DNA of 64,000 bases from Phoronis australis (lineage: Eukaryota; Animalia; Phoronida). Of this stretch, positions 12,357-22,825 are shown one piece after another. Every line of letters starts with the position of its first letter. Position 1 is the first letter of the stretch. The DNA lies in NCBI GenBank assembly GCA_002633005.1, contig NMRA01000020.1:1335650-1399649 (forward strand). Reading direction: 5' to 3'. Below the pieces are notes generated by a model that ran no database searches, had not been told where the DNA came from, and worked only from the letters and a program-made list of their open reading frames with translations. The translations under genes were made by a program, and so were the position numbers.

Positions 12357-15107
12357 CTGAAAGAGAATTATGAACAACTCACCAACAACAGCAGTGCACT
12401 CTTACATAACGGCACGATACAAGGCTAGGCCCTCCTGGGGTTGCCCTTGTCATCTCTTCTTTCGTTTACCCACTCGAGATCATACCACCACAAATACCAC
12501 AGACGCCAAAATACCCACCAGAGACGATCCCGGGAGAGCAGAATACCCACACAAGACGATATTTGAAGGGCAAAATACCGAAAAGAGATGATGTCTGACA
12601 AGGCAATATACCCACGTGGCACGTCCCTTCTAACCCATCCCCATGACGGAGTCAATTCGGACATGGTACGTTTGTGGGTCTCAGTATGCATGCCCTTCTT
12701 GTCGACCCGTTCGTTAAAAGTGTGGCCAGGGTAAGACACAAAACAGTGGGTAAAACCGTGTCCGTTGTTTTAATTGATGTCTCTTTATTTTAGTGTTTAT
12801 GCTTTTTTGCAGAATGGATGCGCTTCGCAACCAAGTACAGTGGCGGATCTAGGATATCACAAGGTGAGGGCCCAACATTTTGTCTGTAAACATTTGCGCA
12901 AAGCAAGATTGTAGACGTGCGTAGCACTGAGTGGGGGGAGGTCGGGAGGGGGGTTTGCCCGCCAGGAAAATTTTTCTGCCTTTTCCTCTAACAATCAAAC
13001 ATTTCCTTGATTCCTGAACTTTAAAAACTGCAATTACCACAGACTCGAAGTCACGACCTAGCGAATAGAGCGTGCGTGCTTTACTACTGCACCACCACGA
13101 TTTCGCTCATAATTTGATTATAATAGACCTACTTGTTTATGGTCCACAGCGTTTGCGCGCGAAACTTACTTCTTTTTGTAATGTTTATTACACTTTTTAT
13201 ATTTTGTGCAATTAGTTCGTAACAAATTTGTTGTATTTAAAATAGTCTTCAATTTCCTAAAACACCAAATCCGTTTTTTTGTGTTGGCATTAATGACGCG
13301 ATTGCTCTGGAAATCGTCTTAAGTTAAGGTTTGACAAAGAGAGAATTATGAGATACTGAGTGATTCACTGAGGCTTCGATTAAAATTCACATCTTACCAA
13401 CATCTTCTGTTTTTTCATCGTCATTCAGATTCCATTTTCTTTGCTCAACTCAAAAGAAAAAACGGGACGTTTCATTTTTTACGGCACTCGCAATTTCCCA
13501 TAAAAATATAAAGAAACAATGATGTCCGGCAATTTTGGATGCTTCATCTCCCGTTTGGCAAAAAACGATGTCGGTACGTCTCGGGATGTTGCAGCGAACA
13601 TTTCACCCTTACGTTTTGGCGTCGACCCAGATGCCTCGCTTTTTATCCTGCAGTCCACTTTTCAATCCAGTTGTTCCGTTTTTGCCTTCTTGAATGTTGA
13701 CTGTGACAACAATGCAACAGGTTTTCAAAATAACTAATAAAAGTCTCTTTTTATGAATAATATTATTTTCCAGAATCCACTTTCTTTAGTAACATAACAA
13801 TTGTAAAATATGTTCCAATGTCTGGTGTTTACGGTAACATACACTACATGTATCAGGATTACTAACTTTTACTTTCTGAAGAACAAGAGTTCACTTCTAA
13901 TTTTTTATGGAAAGTCCTCCACTGCAACCAATGTGGTGAGTTGTCCACAGTACATTTCAAAGCTACGCGAGATCGGAGTTCCATTCCAGGGCTAGAGTTC
14001 TATGCTCTGTAAAAATAACATTGCGCAAATTGCAACAGTTTTTTCTCTGTCCTCAGAAAGTTGCGTGGAAACAATGCATTCACAGACCGTGTATGGTTTG
14101 TCAAACAAAGTACATTATATGGCCAGAGTGTTCGTAAATGTGCAGAAAAATCCCAGCGCATTGCATGACTTACAGTAACTCAGAAAGGACAATCCGAAGA
14201 TTATTCTCAAGTGTGTAGCTTCTTACAGTATACAAGATTACCCTGCGCGCGGACTGCTTGGGCTTTTTCTAGGACAAAAGTCTTTTCTCACGGATGTCCC
14301 CCCCCCCATGGACGCGTATTCCCACTCCCGCCTCTCACGGACGTATTGTTTACTCATTCACAGACCAACCCTGCTCCCTGGACCATACATTATTCACTGC
14401 CCGCTCGAGAACAAACAGCAGCTGTGAGATATTTCGACTTGTTACGTGCGTAAAGCTGCTATTGGAAAAGTTTTAGTTACGCTCTCTAAAAAGGTATGTG
14501 GAATCCGCCGATGTTTCATTTGACCCTTGCGCGCGAGCTCCGACGTCCGATCGTCGACCGAATGCACTGCTCGAGTAAGCGCCCACTCCCGACTTCTCGG
14601 AGATTTGTTTTTTAAGCGTCCATGCTCGGGTTGATCATGCCGATCCCCTGATTTTCAAAAAGCACGGAAGTCTGAGCTTTAGGCATATCTACTCAAAAAT
14701 ACTCATGAAGTTAAGGTAACGCCCGCAGTTTATGGAAAATTTGAACCTATATTCGAACATATGTGTAGATGTCAGAAATTAATTGTGGGTTTGTTTAAAA
14801 GGTAGCTTTGCTTTGAGATTGTGCGTAGATGGAGAGAGGATTGTTAAATCCAGTAATTAATTGATCAAACGAAAACCACTAATTAAACATGTGAAACCCG
14901 ATTTTAGTTAAATAATCAACTACAAAGAAGAGTAACTACGTTAGCGCCCTCTGTAAGGATTGCTTCAATCAATCAACCAAAATAATCAAATGTATTATCT
15001 GCTATCCAAGCTGTATGACTCTCCAATTGTTGGATGACGGTCCTGTTGGTGAATCTTCGAACTACACACACTGTAAATATATAGACGCTGAGGTTGGTCA
15101 GTAGTGA

Positions 15108-15217
15108 AATATATCAAATAAACACAGAAAAATCAGGAACCCCAACTGGGAATCGAGAGACCTGTGGTTCGATTCCCAGTTGGGGTTCCTGATTTTTCTG
15201 TGTATATTTGATATATT
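15108..15217. repeat. Near-perfect inverted repeat (49-bp arms, 12-nt loop) containing a Pol III B-box-like sequence
   Basis: 15108-15156 is the reverse complement of 15169-15217 with one mismatch; GGTTCGATTCCC spans the loop and right arm. Confidence 0.85.
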
Positions 15218-15290
15218 ACACATATTGTTTTGCGACAGTGTACTTGCTGGTCACAGTCTCTGGTGACGGACGCAACACTTGCAGGCAGTT

Positions 15291-15665
15291 AGACAAAGTA
15301 ACCCCTCGGTTAGCCATATAGGGGCTACAATACTTCCATTCGCTTTCTGTACGCATTTCGTTATATGTATTTTAAACGGGCTGTGACCGGATTTGGGTTA
15401 CCGATTTTGAGTTTTCACCGCGTCAAAAATACATTCCACACTTAAAACTATCATTTAAAAAGCGCTTACTTTCATCATTGGTCCTTTCTTCTTCTATACA
15501 TATCTTCGATGAAGCTTAGTTGAGAGAATTAAGTTGACCTTGGCGAAGAATTTCAACTCCACTTTTTTGGTTGCCGTTAACTTTTTCACCACGTGCGCGA
15601 TAACCTTAAGTAGGTCAACTGAGTCACGTGAGTTAGGCAAAGGCTAGCGCGAGACTGAGCGAAGC
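15291..15665. repeat. Dispersed repeat, copy 2 of 8437-8817
   Basis: Direct sequence similarity, same orientation. Confidence 0.75.
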
Positions 15666-15674
15666 CCGTGCCAC

Positions 15675-16109
15675 CATAGACTATAGATAGGGACTGCCAA
15701 CTCCCGTTAGAGTGCGTTGCGCATGTCTCGGGCCACGGGACATAAGCACTAACGATGAGAGGGCGCTGCACACGCAGGATAGAAAACTTCCGGTTTTATG
15801 GAGCGGTCGTTCCCTCGTTTCAAGATTTGGTAAAGTAATGAGTCGAATTGCTTAATTTTTGGAGTGTTTAAGACTTGTAAAAATAAAATGCGTATACTGT
15901 TCTTTGTCATGTCATTTAAAACATTCACAAGATAATTCAGACATGTTATGAGTTATTAACGCCAGAAACGTCTTCGGCTGATTTTCCCGTGTTTACACTT
16001 ACACAGTCGCATCAGCTGATTTTTTGTTGCAATTAGTATTGATGTTTGTTCAAATTGAGTACGGTACAAATCAGCTCATAATCATAAGCACAAGTATTAA
16101 CCAACAAAA
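15675..16109 (+). mobile_element. Left end of a P-superfamily-like element running into the gap
   Basis: Starts CATAGACTATAGATAGGG, the same CATAGACTA terminus as the footprint at 21757; other end not visible. Confidence 0.45.
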
Positions 16110-16980
16110 NNNNNNNNNNNNNNNNNNNNNNNNNNNNNNNNNNNNNNNNNNNNNNNNNNNNNNNNNNNNNNNNNNNNNNNNNNNNNNNNNNNNNNNNNNN
16201 NNNNNNNNNNNNNNNNNNNNNNNNNNNNNNNNNNNNNNNNNNNNNNNNNNNNNNNNNNNNNNNNNNNNNNNNNNNNNNNNNNNNNNNNNNNNNNNNNNNN
16301 NNNNNNNNNNNNNNNNNNNNNNNNNNNNNNNNNNNNNNNNNNNNNNNNNNNNNNNNNNNNNNNNNNNNNNNNNNNNNNNNNNNNNNNNNNNNNNNNNNNN
16401 NNNNNNNNNNNNNNNNNNNNNNNNNNNNNNNNNNNNNNNNNNNNNNNNNNNNNNNNNNNNNNNNNNNNNNNNNNNNNNNNNNNNNNNNNNNNNNNNNNNN
16501 NNNNNNNNNNNNNNNNNNNNNNNNNNNNNNNNNNNNNNNNNNNNNNNNNNNNNNNNNNNNNNNNNNNNNNNNNNNNNNNNNNNNNNNNNNNNNNNNNNNN
16601 NNNNNNNNNNNNNNNNNNNNNNNNNNNNNNNNNNNNNNNNNNNNNNNNNNNNNNNNNNNNNNNNNNNNNNNNNNNNNNNNNNNNNNNNNNNNNNNNNNNN
16701 NNNNNNNNNNNNNNNNNNNNNNNNNNNNNNNNNNNNNNNNNNNNNNNNNNNNNNNNNNNNNNNNNNNNNNNNNNNNNNNNNNNNNNNNNNNNNNNNNNNN
16801 NNNNNNNNNNNNNNNNNNNNNNNNNNNNNNNNNNNNNNNNNNNNNNNNNNNNNNNNNNNNNNNNNNNNNNNNNNNNNNNNNNNNNNNNNNNNNNNNNNNN
16901 NNNNNNNNNNNNNNNNNNNNNNNNNNNNNNNNNNNNNNNNNNNNNNNNNNNNNNNNNNNNNNNNNNNNNNNNNNNNNNNN
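16110..16980. other. Assembly gap
   Basis: Run of N; right edge abuts a HINE 5' end, so the gap probably holds its tandem array. Confidence 0.99.
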
Positions 16981-17043
16981 CGGACGGACGGACAGAGATG
17001 ACGGCATAATGCGTCCACATATAAATATGTGGGCGCATAAAAA
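16981..17043 (-). mobile_element. 5' end of HINE (Helentron-associated) element
   Basis: Reverse complement TTTTTATGCGCCCACATATTTATATGTGGACGCATTATGCCGTCATCTCTGTCCGTCCGTCCG, matching 62705 onward. Confidence 0.85.
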
Positions 17044-17804
17044 CACACGATCCTTTCCAATCATATTAGTGGCTGTTACGATTTGTTCTCAGAAATTTCT
17101 AGAATCTTTAGAGCGCTTTGGCTCCAGAACCAAAGTAGTAAACACCATCTAAAAATAGATTTTGACGTTAAAATACATGTCAACAAGTTTGACCCCATAA
17201 CTTAAAAGTACAAATGCACAATTTTTTTGACAACTTAAAAGGATTTATCCATGCTTATTACTTTATGAATATTTATTCTGACAATGTAGGGTATTTACAT
17301 TTATGTTAAACAAACGCGCATTTTTAGCTAATACAGGACATGCTGATTTTAAGTAGTTTCCATGCATGATTTATAATTTTCTAGCTGAACTGGGTTGGAA
17401 TCGCCACTTTTCATCCATCATCGCTTGACTGCAATCGAAATGATCTGGATGCTCCTTTATTGCCTTTAGTGCCACCTGGTGTCTGCATTGAGGTGCAGGT
17501 TTCTAAACCAGTCGGGCACAGACCAGAACCAGTTAGGCCATTTTTGACAAAACAACGCATTGTATTTCTATAAACTTTTATTATTATTACTTAGCCGGCA
17601 ATGGCGCCTACGGGTGGTTAAGGCCTTTATATGTTGTCCAAGTTTTCACATTAGCCTAAATGGATTGTATTTCGTTAATAATTAGGCCTATAAATTAAGT
17701 TTTCTGTTACCATAGATCTAAAAGAATTTTTCGTTTCAAAATGTGTCAAACCACGTTGTACGATTGAGTAGGGTTCATATGTCGAAAGCGTTTGCAATGA
17801 ATTC

Positions 17805-18974
17805 TTACCAATCAAATCGTGAGACTGACAGATTCAACGTAGGTGCCACTAGAGGCGGAAGGGATGACAGAACTGTGAGCGGACCAAACATCATCCAAGT
17901 TGAAAGTGTGAAAGGCAAGAAGTTAAACCAGGAAGAAAATTCAGATATCGAGGGCGAAAGTATTTTCGAAAGCGAAAAGGGAATAATCAAAGATATTGAA
18001 GGAACAATCCAAAGATTGTAGAAATATAGGGTCAATCGCAGCCTTGGGCGAAACGAAACGTGTATGGGCAGACAGACAAATGGCTGCGCACAGGAAACGG
18101 TGATGATAACAGAAGACGGCGTAAGTGTGAGAAACGTAGCGTAGCAACGAGAGTAAAAGTAGGAAATTGTTATAAACGGTCTGAAGGTACTTAGTGATAC
18201 TGCGACGGACACGTTCAAATAACGAAAGAGCGAAAAGAAAGATCCGAGAAGATGAATACAGTGATTGCGAATTAAATAATTTACTGGAAGAGTCAAGAAA
18301 CAATCTATGGATTGTAGCAACGTTGTTTGAGCGATGTCTTCTGACACATGTTGCTCTAAACCATTTGTCTCGACAACACATCGTGTTAACGGATAATTTG
18401 AACATTGAAGTGCAACGTTAGCTGAGAGCAACACGGCAGGCACATGACCTCTCTCGTCATTGTCTTCGTTCCTGTCCAATCGCGGTCCATTTGGCATACA
18501 GCTCAATTCTTTCAGTGAAACTCTCCTAGTGGATTTTAGCGATTCCATCGTGGTTTCCGTTACTGATATTTGTTCACCTGGGTTACAGTTTCTCGCCGGA
18601 GTGTCACCTTGCTGTAGAGGTAAAAAGGTGTTGGCTGTAGACAGAACCACTCTTTCCGTGTAAACTTTTGTTAACTTTGCACATCCGTGTCGGTTTTTGT
18701 TTCCTTTCTTTTTCGGTTTATGATGACTTGTCGTGAGAAAATTTCGATATACCAAATAAGGTATGGTAAAAAACAAAGCTCGAACCCAGTCATTATCATT
18801 GCTGACGAAACCAACCGAATCTAAATAAGTTAATGTTAGTAAACTGATCAACAGAAATTGATGACACATAGCGTTGAACGTTGAGCGACAACGCGTTACG
18901 CACCGAACTACGTAGTAAAGAACGTGTCCAGGTACGTGTTTCAGTAACCAAGGCATACGATTTGTTCTTCGCAC
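17805..18974 (-). CDS. Uncharacterised protein, paralog B (389-codon open frame; first in-frame ATG 18956; possible upstream exon 19064-19169 giving 426 aa)
   Basis: Aligns to paralog A: YYVVRCV/YYFIRCV, LTYL, WVRALFFTIPYL/WIRALFASTPYL, lysine patch, and a 33-aa C-domain block with 23 identities. Confidence 0.78.
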   Translation of the reverse strand: MRRTNRMPWLLKHVPGHVLYYVVRCVTRCRSTFNAMCHQFLLISLLTLTYLDSVGFVSNDNDWVRALFFTIPYLVYRNFLTTSHHKPKKKGNKNRHGCAKLTKVYTERVVLSTANTFLPLQQGDTPARNCNPGEQISVTETTMESLKSTRRVSLKELSCMPNGPRLDRNEDNDERGHVPAVLLSANVALQCSNYPLTRCVVETNGLEQHVSEDIAQTTLLQSIDCFLTLPVNYLIRNHCIHLLGSFFSLFRYLNVSVAVSLSTFRPFITISYFYSRCYATFLTLTPSSVIITVSCAQPFVCLPIHVSFRPRLRLTLYFYNLWIVPSISLIIPFSLSKILSPSISEFSSWFNFLPFTLSTWMMFGPLTVLSSLPPLVAPTLNLSVSRFDW

Positions 18975-21315
18975 TTTTGCTGATTAAATCATCATTTGTG
19001 ATTATCGCCTTTCCGCTTGTTTTCACCAGTCGCCGCCATGTTAAAACGAAGTGTTTAGTCTACCCGTTTTTCTAGCTGGTTTTCGACGAACTTGAACATC
19101 GTTGTCCAAAATATTGCAACTGAGAACATCGTGTCCCAACACGGCGACAGTGTTCAACACAATATCCATCGATAAGGAAAACAGGCACTGATAGAGGCGC
19201 CCGTGTCTTGTCATTAAAGATACATTTGCATGCTCCTAACTATGCTAATGAATAGCAGGGACTAAACGACAGTGTTATTTAACATAATCTACGCTATACG
19301 AAGTGCAGTTGTATTCATAGACAACTTAAATTTGTGAAAACAAAAAATCTGCAAATAGGTGACCTTTGTACCAATGACGTACCTCGACTGCTCACATAAA
19401 CCGCATCATGCAGTATTATTCCCAAGCACCACGTCACGAAACTTACTGAACACGGTTCAGTGAGTGCAGCGGATCATTTCCGCCGCAAAACTCGCTCGTA
19501 AAAACATTTGGCAATTTTCAACATACTTCATATTCGCATCGTCGCTATATGTGGTGTTTCTAACTAATTTGGTCAAGCAATCACGGATATGAGGAATTAG
19601 CTTGCAAGTTCCACTTTAATCCATGGTCTCGTTCTGAATTGGTTTGATTGATTTACTGATTAGGTCATTCCTAAATTTTAAACAGTATAAAGGCAAAGTT
19701 GTGTCAACTAGTAGTCTTGGTAATGCATTTCTGTCGTCTGGACTTACGGCTGATCGGGCACAAGTTACCCTAGGCGCAGCTTGCTCTAGTTTAAAAGATA
19801 CCAAACATGGCTTTGTCCTATTAACAGATATTAAAAACGATATTTACATCCAATTCCCTTCAACAAAGTTCTGCTCTATAACCCTCGACAACCCTCAAAA
19901 GGTTGGAGGAAAATTTGAGAACTCCTTTCGAAGTCTACGACTTGAAAGACATCTTTGGAGAAAGACCACCCACCAAGAACCATAATACCTAATCTGTGAC
20001 AAATGGAGTAGGTTTTTAATTGATTCATGCTTTTGTCTTTAAATATTCACGCGAAGTATGCATTATAGCAGGTGACAGAACCAAGATTGGCTGAAATCAT
20101 CATAACAGGGTTTAGCATTAGAATGGGCGGCGCACCATAGGGGACTGGGGGGTGGGCTATATCCCTCACCTTTTTCAGTGCTGCGCAGCCCAAGATTATG
20201 GGCACAACTTTAGGTCATAAATTGTGAAGCTCAACTTCATTGAGCTGTGACAGGCAGTTTTTTAGTGCACCACATGGAATTCAGAATTCCAACTTAAAAG
20301 TTCTGTTTTGTTCCTTAAAAAGTATAACCTGGTGAAATATTGCCATTCCGAGAAAGGTTTCGACTAAATTGATATAACACGTTGTGTTACATTCCAATTT
20401 ATGAAGTTTTTAGGCTAGACAAACTGTAAAGAGCGTCTTTAAGAAATGGGCGACCTTGGCAGAAAGACAAACAATTAATCAAATAACTTTATTGGTTCAT
20501 AATTTAAGTCGGTATGGACTTTTGTAAATACAAAGCTTACAGCCTATCCAAATACACAAAGTGAGCACTCTTCTAAGCGTACGTTCATTGCAAAAAGTAT
20601 GACATGCCTCTTCGTTTAGTCAATGACAGGGCGAAATTAGTGGCAACCGAGAGAAGGGGACGGGAGCGAACTTGTTGGGATCCGGGCCCAGGGATTGGGG
20701 GCGGTGCTCAACTGGTGACGAACATAATGGCCACCGGGATATGGGCGACACTGGGGCACTGGTAACAATGTTATTGTTCGGCTTGGGGACGTCATCGTAC
20801 TCGTCTGTAATCGGTTGGATCACGACGTCATGTTTGTAATAAAATTCAATAAAAAGTTGTATATTCACAATAAAACCACGGTATTGTAAACCTACCAAAT
20901 TTCTTTTGGTAGTTATTCAAGATGAGATTTCAAAAAAGCAGTTATTGGTTCTAAATTATCTTTTGGGTTTTACTTCATGCTACGATACAATTCATTCTAA
21001 ACTTGAATACATAATTGGATATATTTGCTATATATGGTAGTATCCAATAGTTCCTAATTTTGAGTCTTCGCTTCATGCAACTCAGGTGAAATGTTTATGT
21101 CATAATGTGCCATACTGCCTAATTGTTATGCAAAGTGAAGCATTTAATTCTTTCCATGAGTGTTTTGGAGAAGATTTTATCTTAGATTCAGAAAATAAAG
21201 TGTTCTTTGAATCTTACCAGTCATTTCCGATGTTCAAAATTTGGAGCTTTTTAAAAGTAAGAAACTATTCTAAGATTAGTCAGAAAGGGCCCCCACAAAC
21301 TTTCGTCAGTCAAGT

Positions 21316-21920
21316 CTCGCTGGTCCCCTACGTGCCTAGCCAGCACGCAGGTATCACGCAGTGGCACGCGCTTTAGCATTGGTTGATGTAACCTCAGCAG
21401 TCATTGGTTAGCTTTACAACACCGTGAAAAAATGGCGGACTGTGAATGATTTTTAGCCTTGTCAGGCAAGTGGCGTCGCAGCAACTATTTCGTTTCTGCA
21501 GTGATGTTTAATAGCCGCGTGCTTGAAGCACATACATGTACAATAAACACATATCTGGCCGATTTAACCGGTGTGTTATTCATATTGTATGAATACATGA
21601 CAGTATCGTAAACAAAAGTCATCGACAGTAGAAAGACGCATTCCGAAAAGGCGCAACCACAATTTCTAGGATTCACATTTCCTGAACATAAATTTTAAGC
21701 ACCGATTTGTCTGTACAACAGACCTCATTTACACTTCAGTCCATCAGTCATGCCAGCATAGACTATTATCTATGATGCCAGTTTGTTTGCTTAAAGTGAT
21801 GCCTGTTGAGAATTCGACTAGCCAATCAGAAACGCCGGTGTAAAAAATTTCCCGAGGAAAATTAAGTGATACCTGCGTGCTGGCTACTGACCACCTAGCG
21901 GCACGCAGGGAACCAGCGAG
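21316..21920. mobile_element. Non-autonomous TIR element (MULE-like)
   Basis: TIR CTCGCTGGTCCCCTACGTGCC..TAGCCAGCACGCAGGTATCAC mirrored at 21867-21920; 9-bp flanks CAGTCAAGT / TCGTCAAGT (7/9 match). Confidence 0.7.
21757..21774. mobile_element. P-element-type excision footprint
   Basis: ATGCCAG-[CATAGACTATTATCTATG]-ATGCCAG: 7-bp direct repeat around two fused CATAGA/TCTATG termini. Confidence 0.7.
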
Positions 21921-22329
21921 TCGTCAAGTAGGCCTTATAGCGACATCTATTTCCAAAATCCAGAATTCGTGAAGCTTGTTTTGTGACAGCCTTCAACTTC
22001 ATTTTGATTAGCCATCGAAGCTGATAATCTGACCATTACGAATTTAAGACAGAAAATGGTGGACAAGTGAAATTTTTTTTCTCACTTTTTCACAAAAATA
22101 TATGTAGCGGCAGATAAATGCTTTCTCATGTTCCAGGACTGTAACATAGCTTTCGTCAGACAAATATTTTTAAAAAATTGTAGGCATTCAAAAATACTGA
22201 GACCCATGAAAATTAAAAAACACACAGCCTTCGACAATTATTTTTGAAATTGGTGGGACCTTACCGTATTAGAAAAGATATCTTAAACATGCCAATGTAT
22301 AGTTAATTAGGTCAAGCTAAGAACCAGGG

Positions 22330-22472
22330 TAGAGTTCGGTAGTTAGGATCTACGCTACGTACTCGCTACTTGAAAATCTAGCCAAAATCACTTGTACTCA
22401 TTTAAAATAAATAACGGACAATATCTCACAAAGTCTTGCTTTTTAACGAGGACCTAGCGTTACTGAACTCTA
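22330..22472. mobile_element. Short TAG...CTA MITE; related sequence at about 27340-27505
   Basis: TAGAGTTCGGTA / TACTGAACTCTA inverted ends; internal TCTAGCCAAA.TCAC...GAGGACCTAG..GCGTTACTGAAC recurs at 27408-27503; no clear TSD. Confidence 0.55.
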
Positions 22473-22514
22473 CCGTACTGGTCTCTAGGGTCAAGTTAAT
22501 TCCCTCATAATTAC

Positions 22515-22593
22515 CTTGTGCGTTGATTCGAGAAGTACAGGTAAACAGCGACACTGCCATAGCCAGGTACATGTATGGTGGAACACTCGCCAT
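22515..22593 (-). CDS. Signal-peptide exon, inferred first coding exon of the Ly6/quiver-like gene
   Basis: MASVPPYMYLAMAVSLFTCTSRINAQ-G|GTAATT, 79 nt, phase 1, in frame with the 12356 acceptor; no better signal exon seen in between, but the gap cannot be inspected. Confidence 0.65.
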
Positions 22594-22659
22594 GGGGAGT
22601 GGTCTATGACTTGTAGGACACTGTATGAACACCGTCACTCACGCAACACGTTATCAAAC

Positions 22660-22825
22660 ATCACTAGACGACTGAAACGACGTCAAGAGCAGTCCCGAAC
22701 TGTCGTGGGAGAAAGCAGGGGTGAAAACCTGAACGGAAGGCGAGTGACTTCGTCCCTGCGGCTCAATGACCCGATTAGAGGCGACTCTGACGTCAAAATG
22801 AAAACACAATCACTGACCCAATAAA
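22660..22825 (-). promoter_or_regulatory. Candidate promoter of the Ly6/quiver-like gene
   Basis: Minus-strand TTTCAGTC initiator-like site near 22670-22677; palindromic CRE TGACGTCA at 22788-22795; CCAAT near 22818; CpG-rich. Confidence 0.4.

Noticed and set aside
12425-12739. Hydrophobic segment just upstream of Ly6 exon 2 as its signal-peptide exon
   Set aside because: The signal-like frame (SSLVGILASVVFVVV) ends in TGA before the donor, and the region is built from repeated AATACCMAC motifs.
8437-15665. Repeat pair 8437-8817 / 15291-15665 as boundaries of the duplication that made the orphan paralogs
   Set aside because: They are far more similar than the paralogs and sit on different sides of them, so they are later independent insertions.
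16024-17064. Long ORFs of 313-343 aa in the ORF track (also 63134-63817)
   Set aside because: They are open only because they run through N gaps.
17743-18021. Plus-strand ORF that looks conserved with the plus strand of 6280-6460
   Set aside because: Antisense shadow sharing wobble positions with the real minus-strand frame; it is broken by stops in both copies.
20620-20898. GC-rich Pro-rich minus-strand segment resembling a terminal exon
   Set aside because: The acceptor position reads TTACAA rather than AG, the phase is incompatible with the 22515 exon, and I recognise no homology; at most a dead exon.
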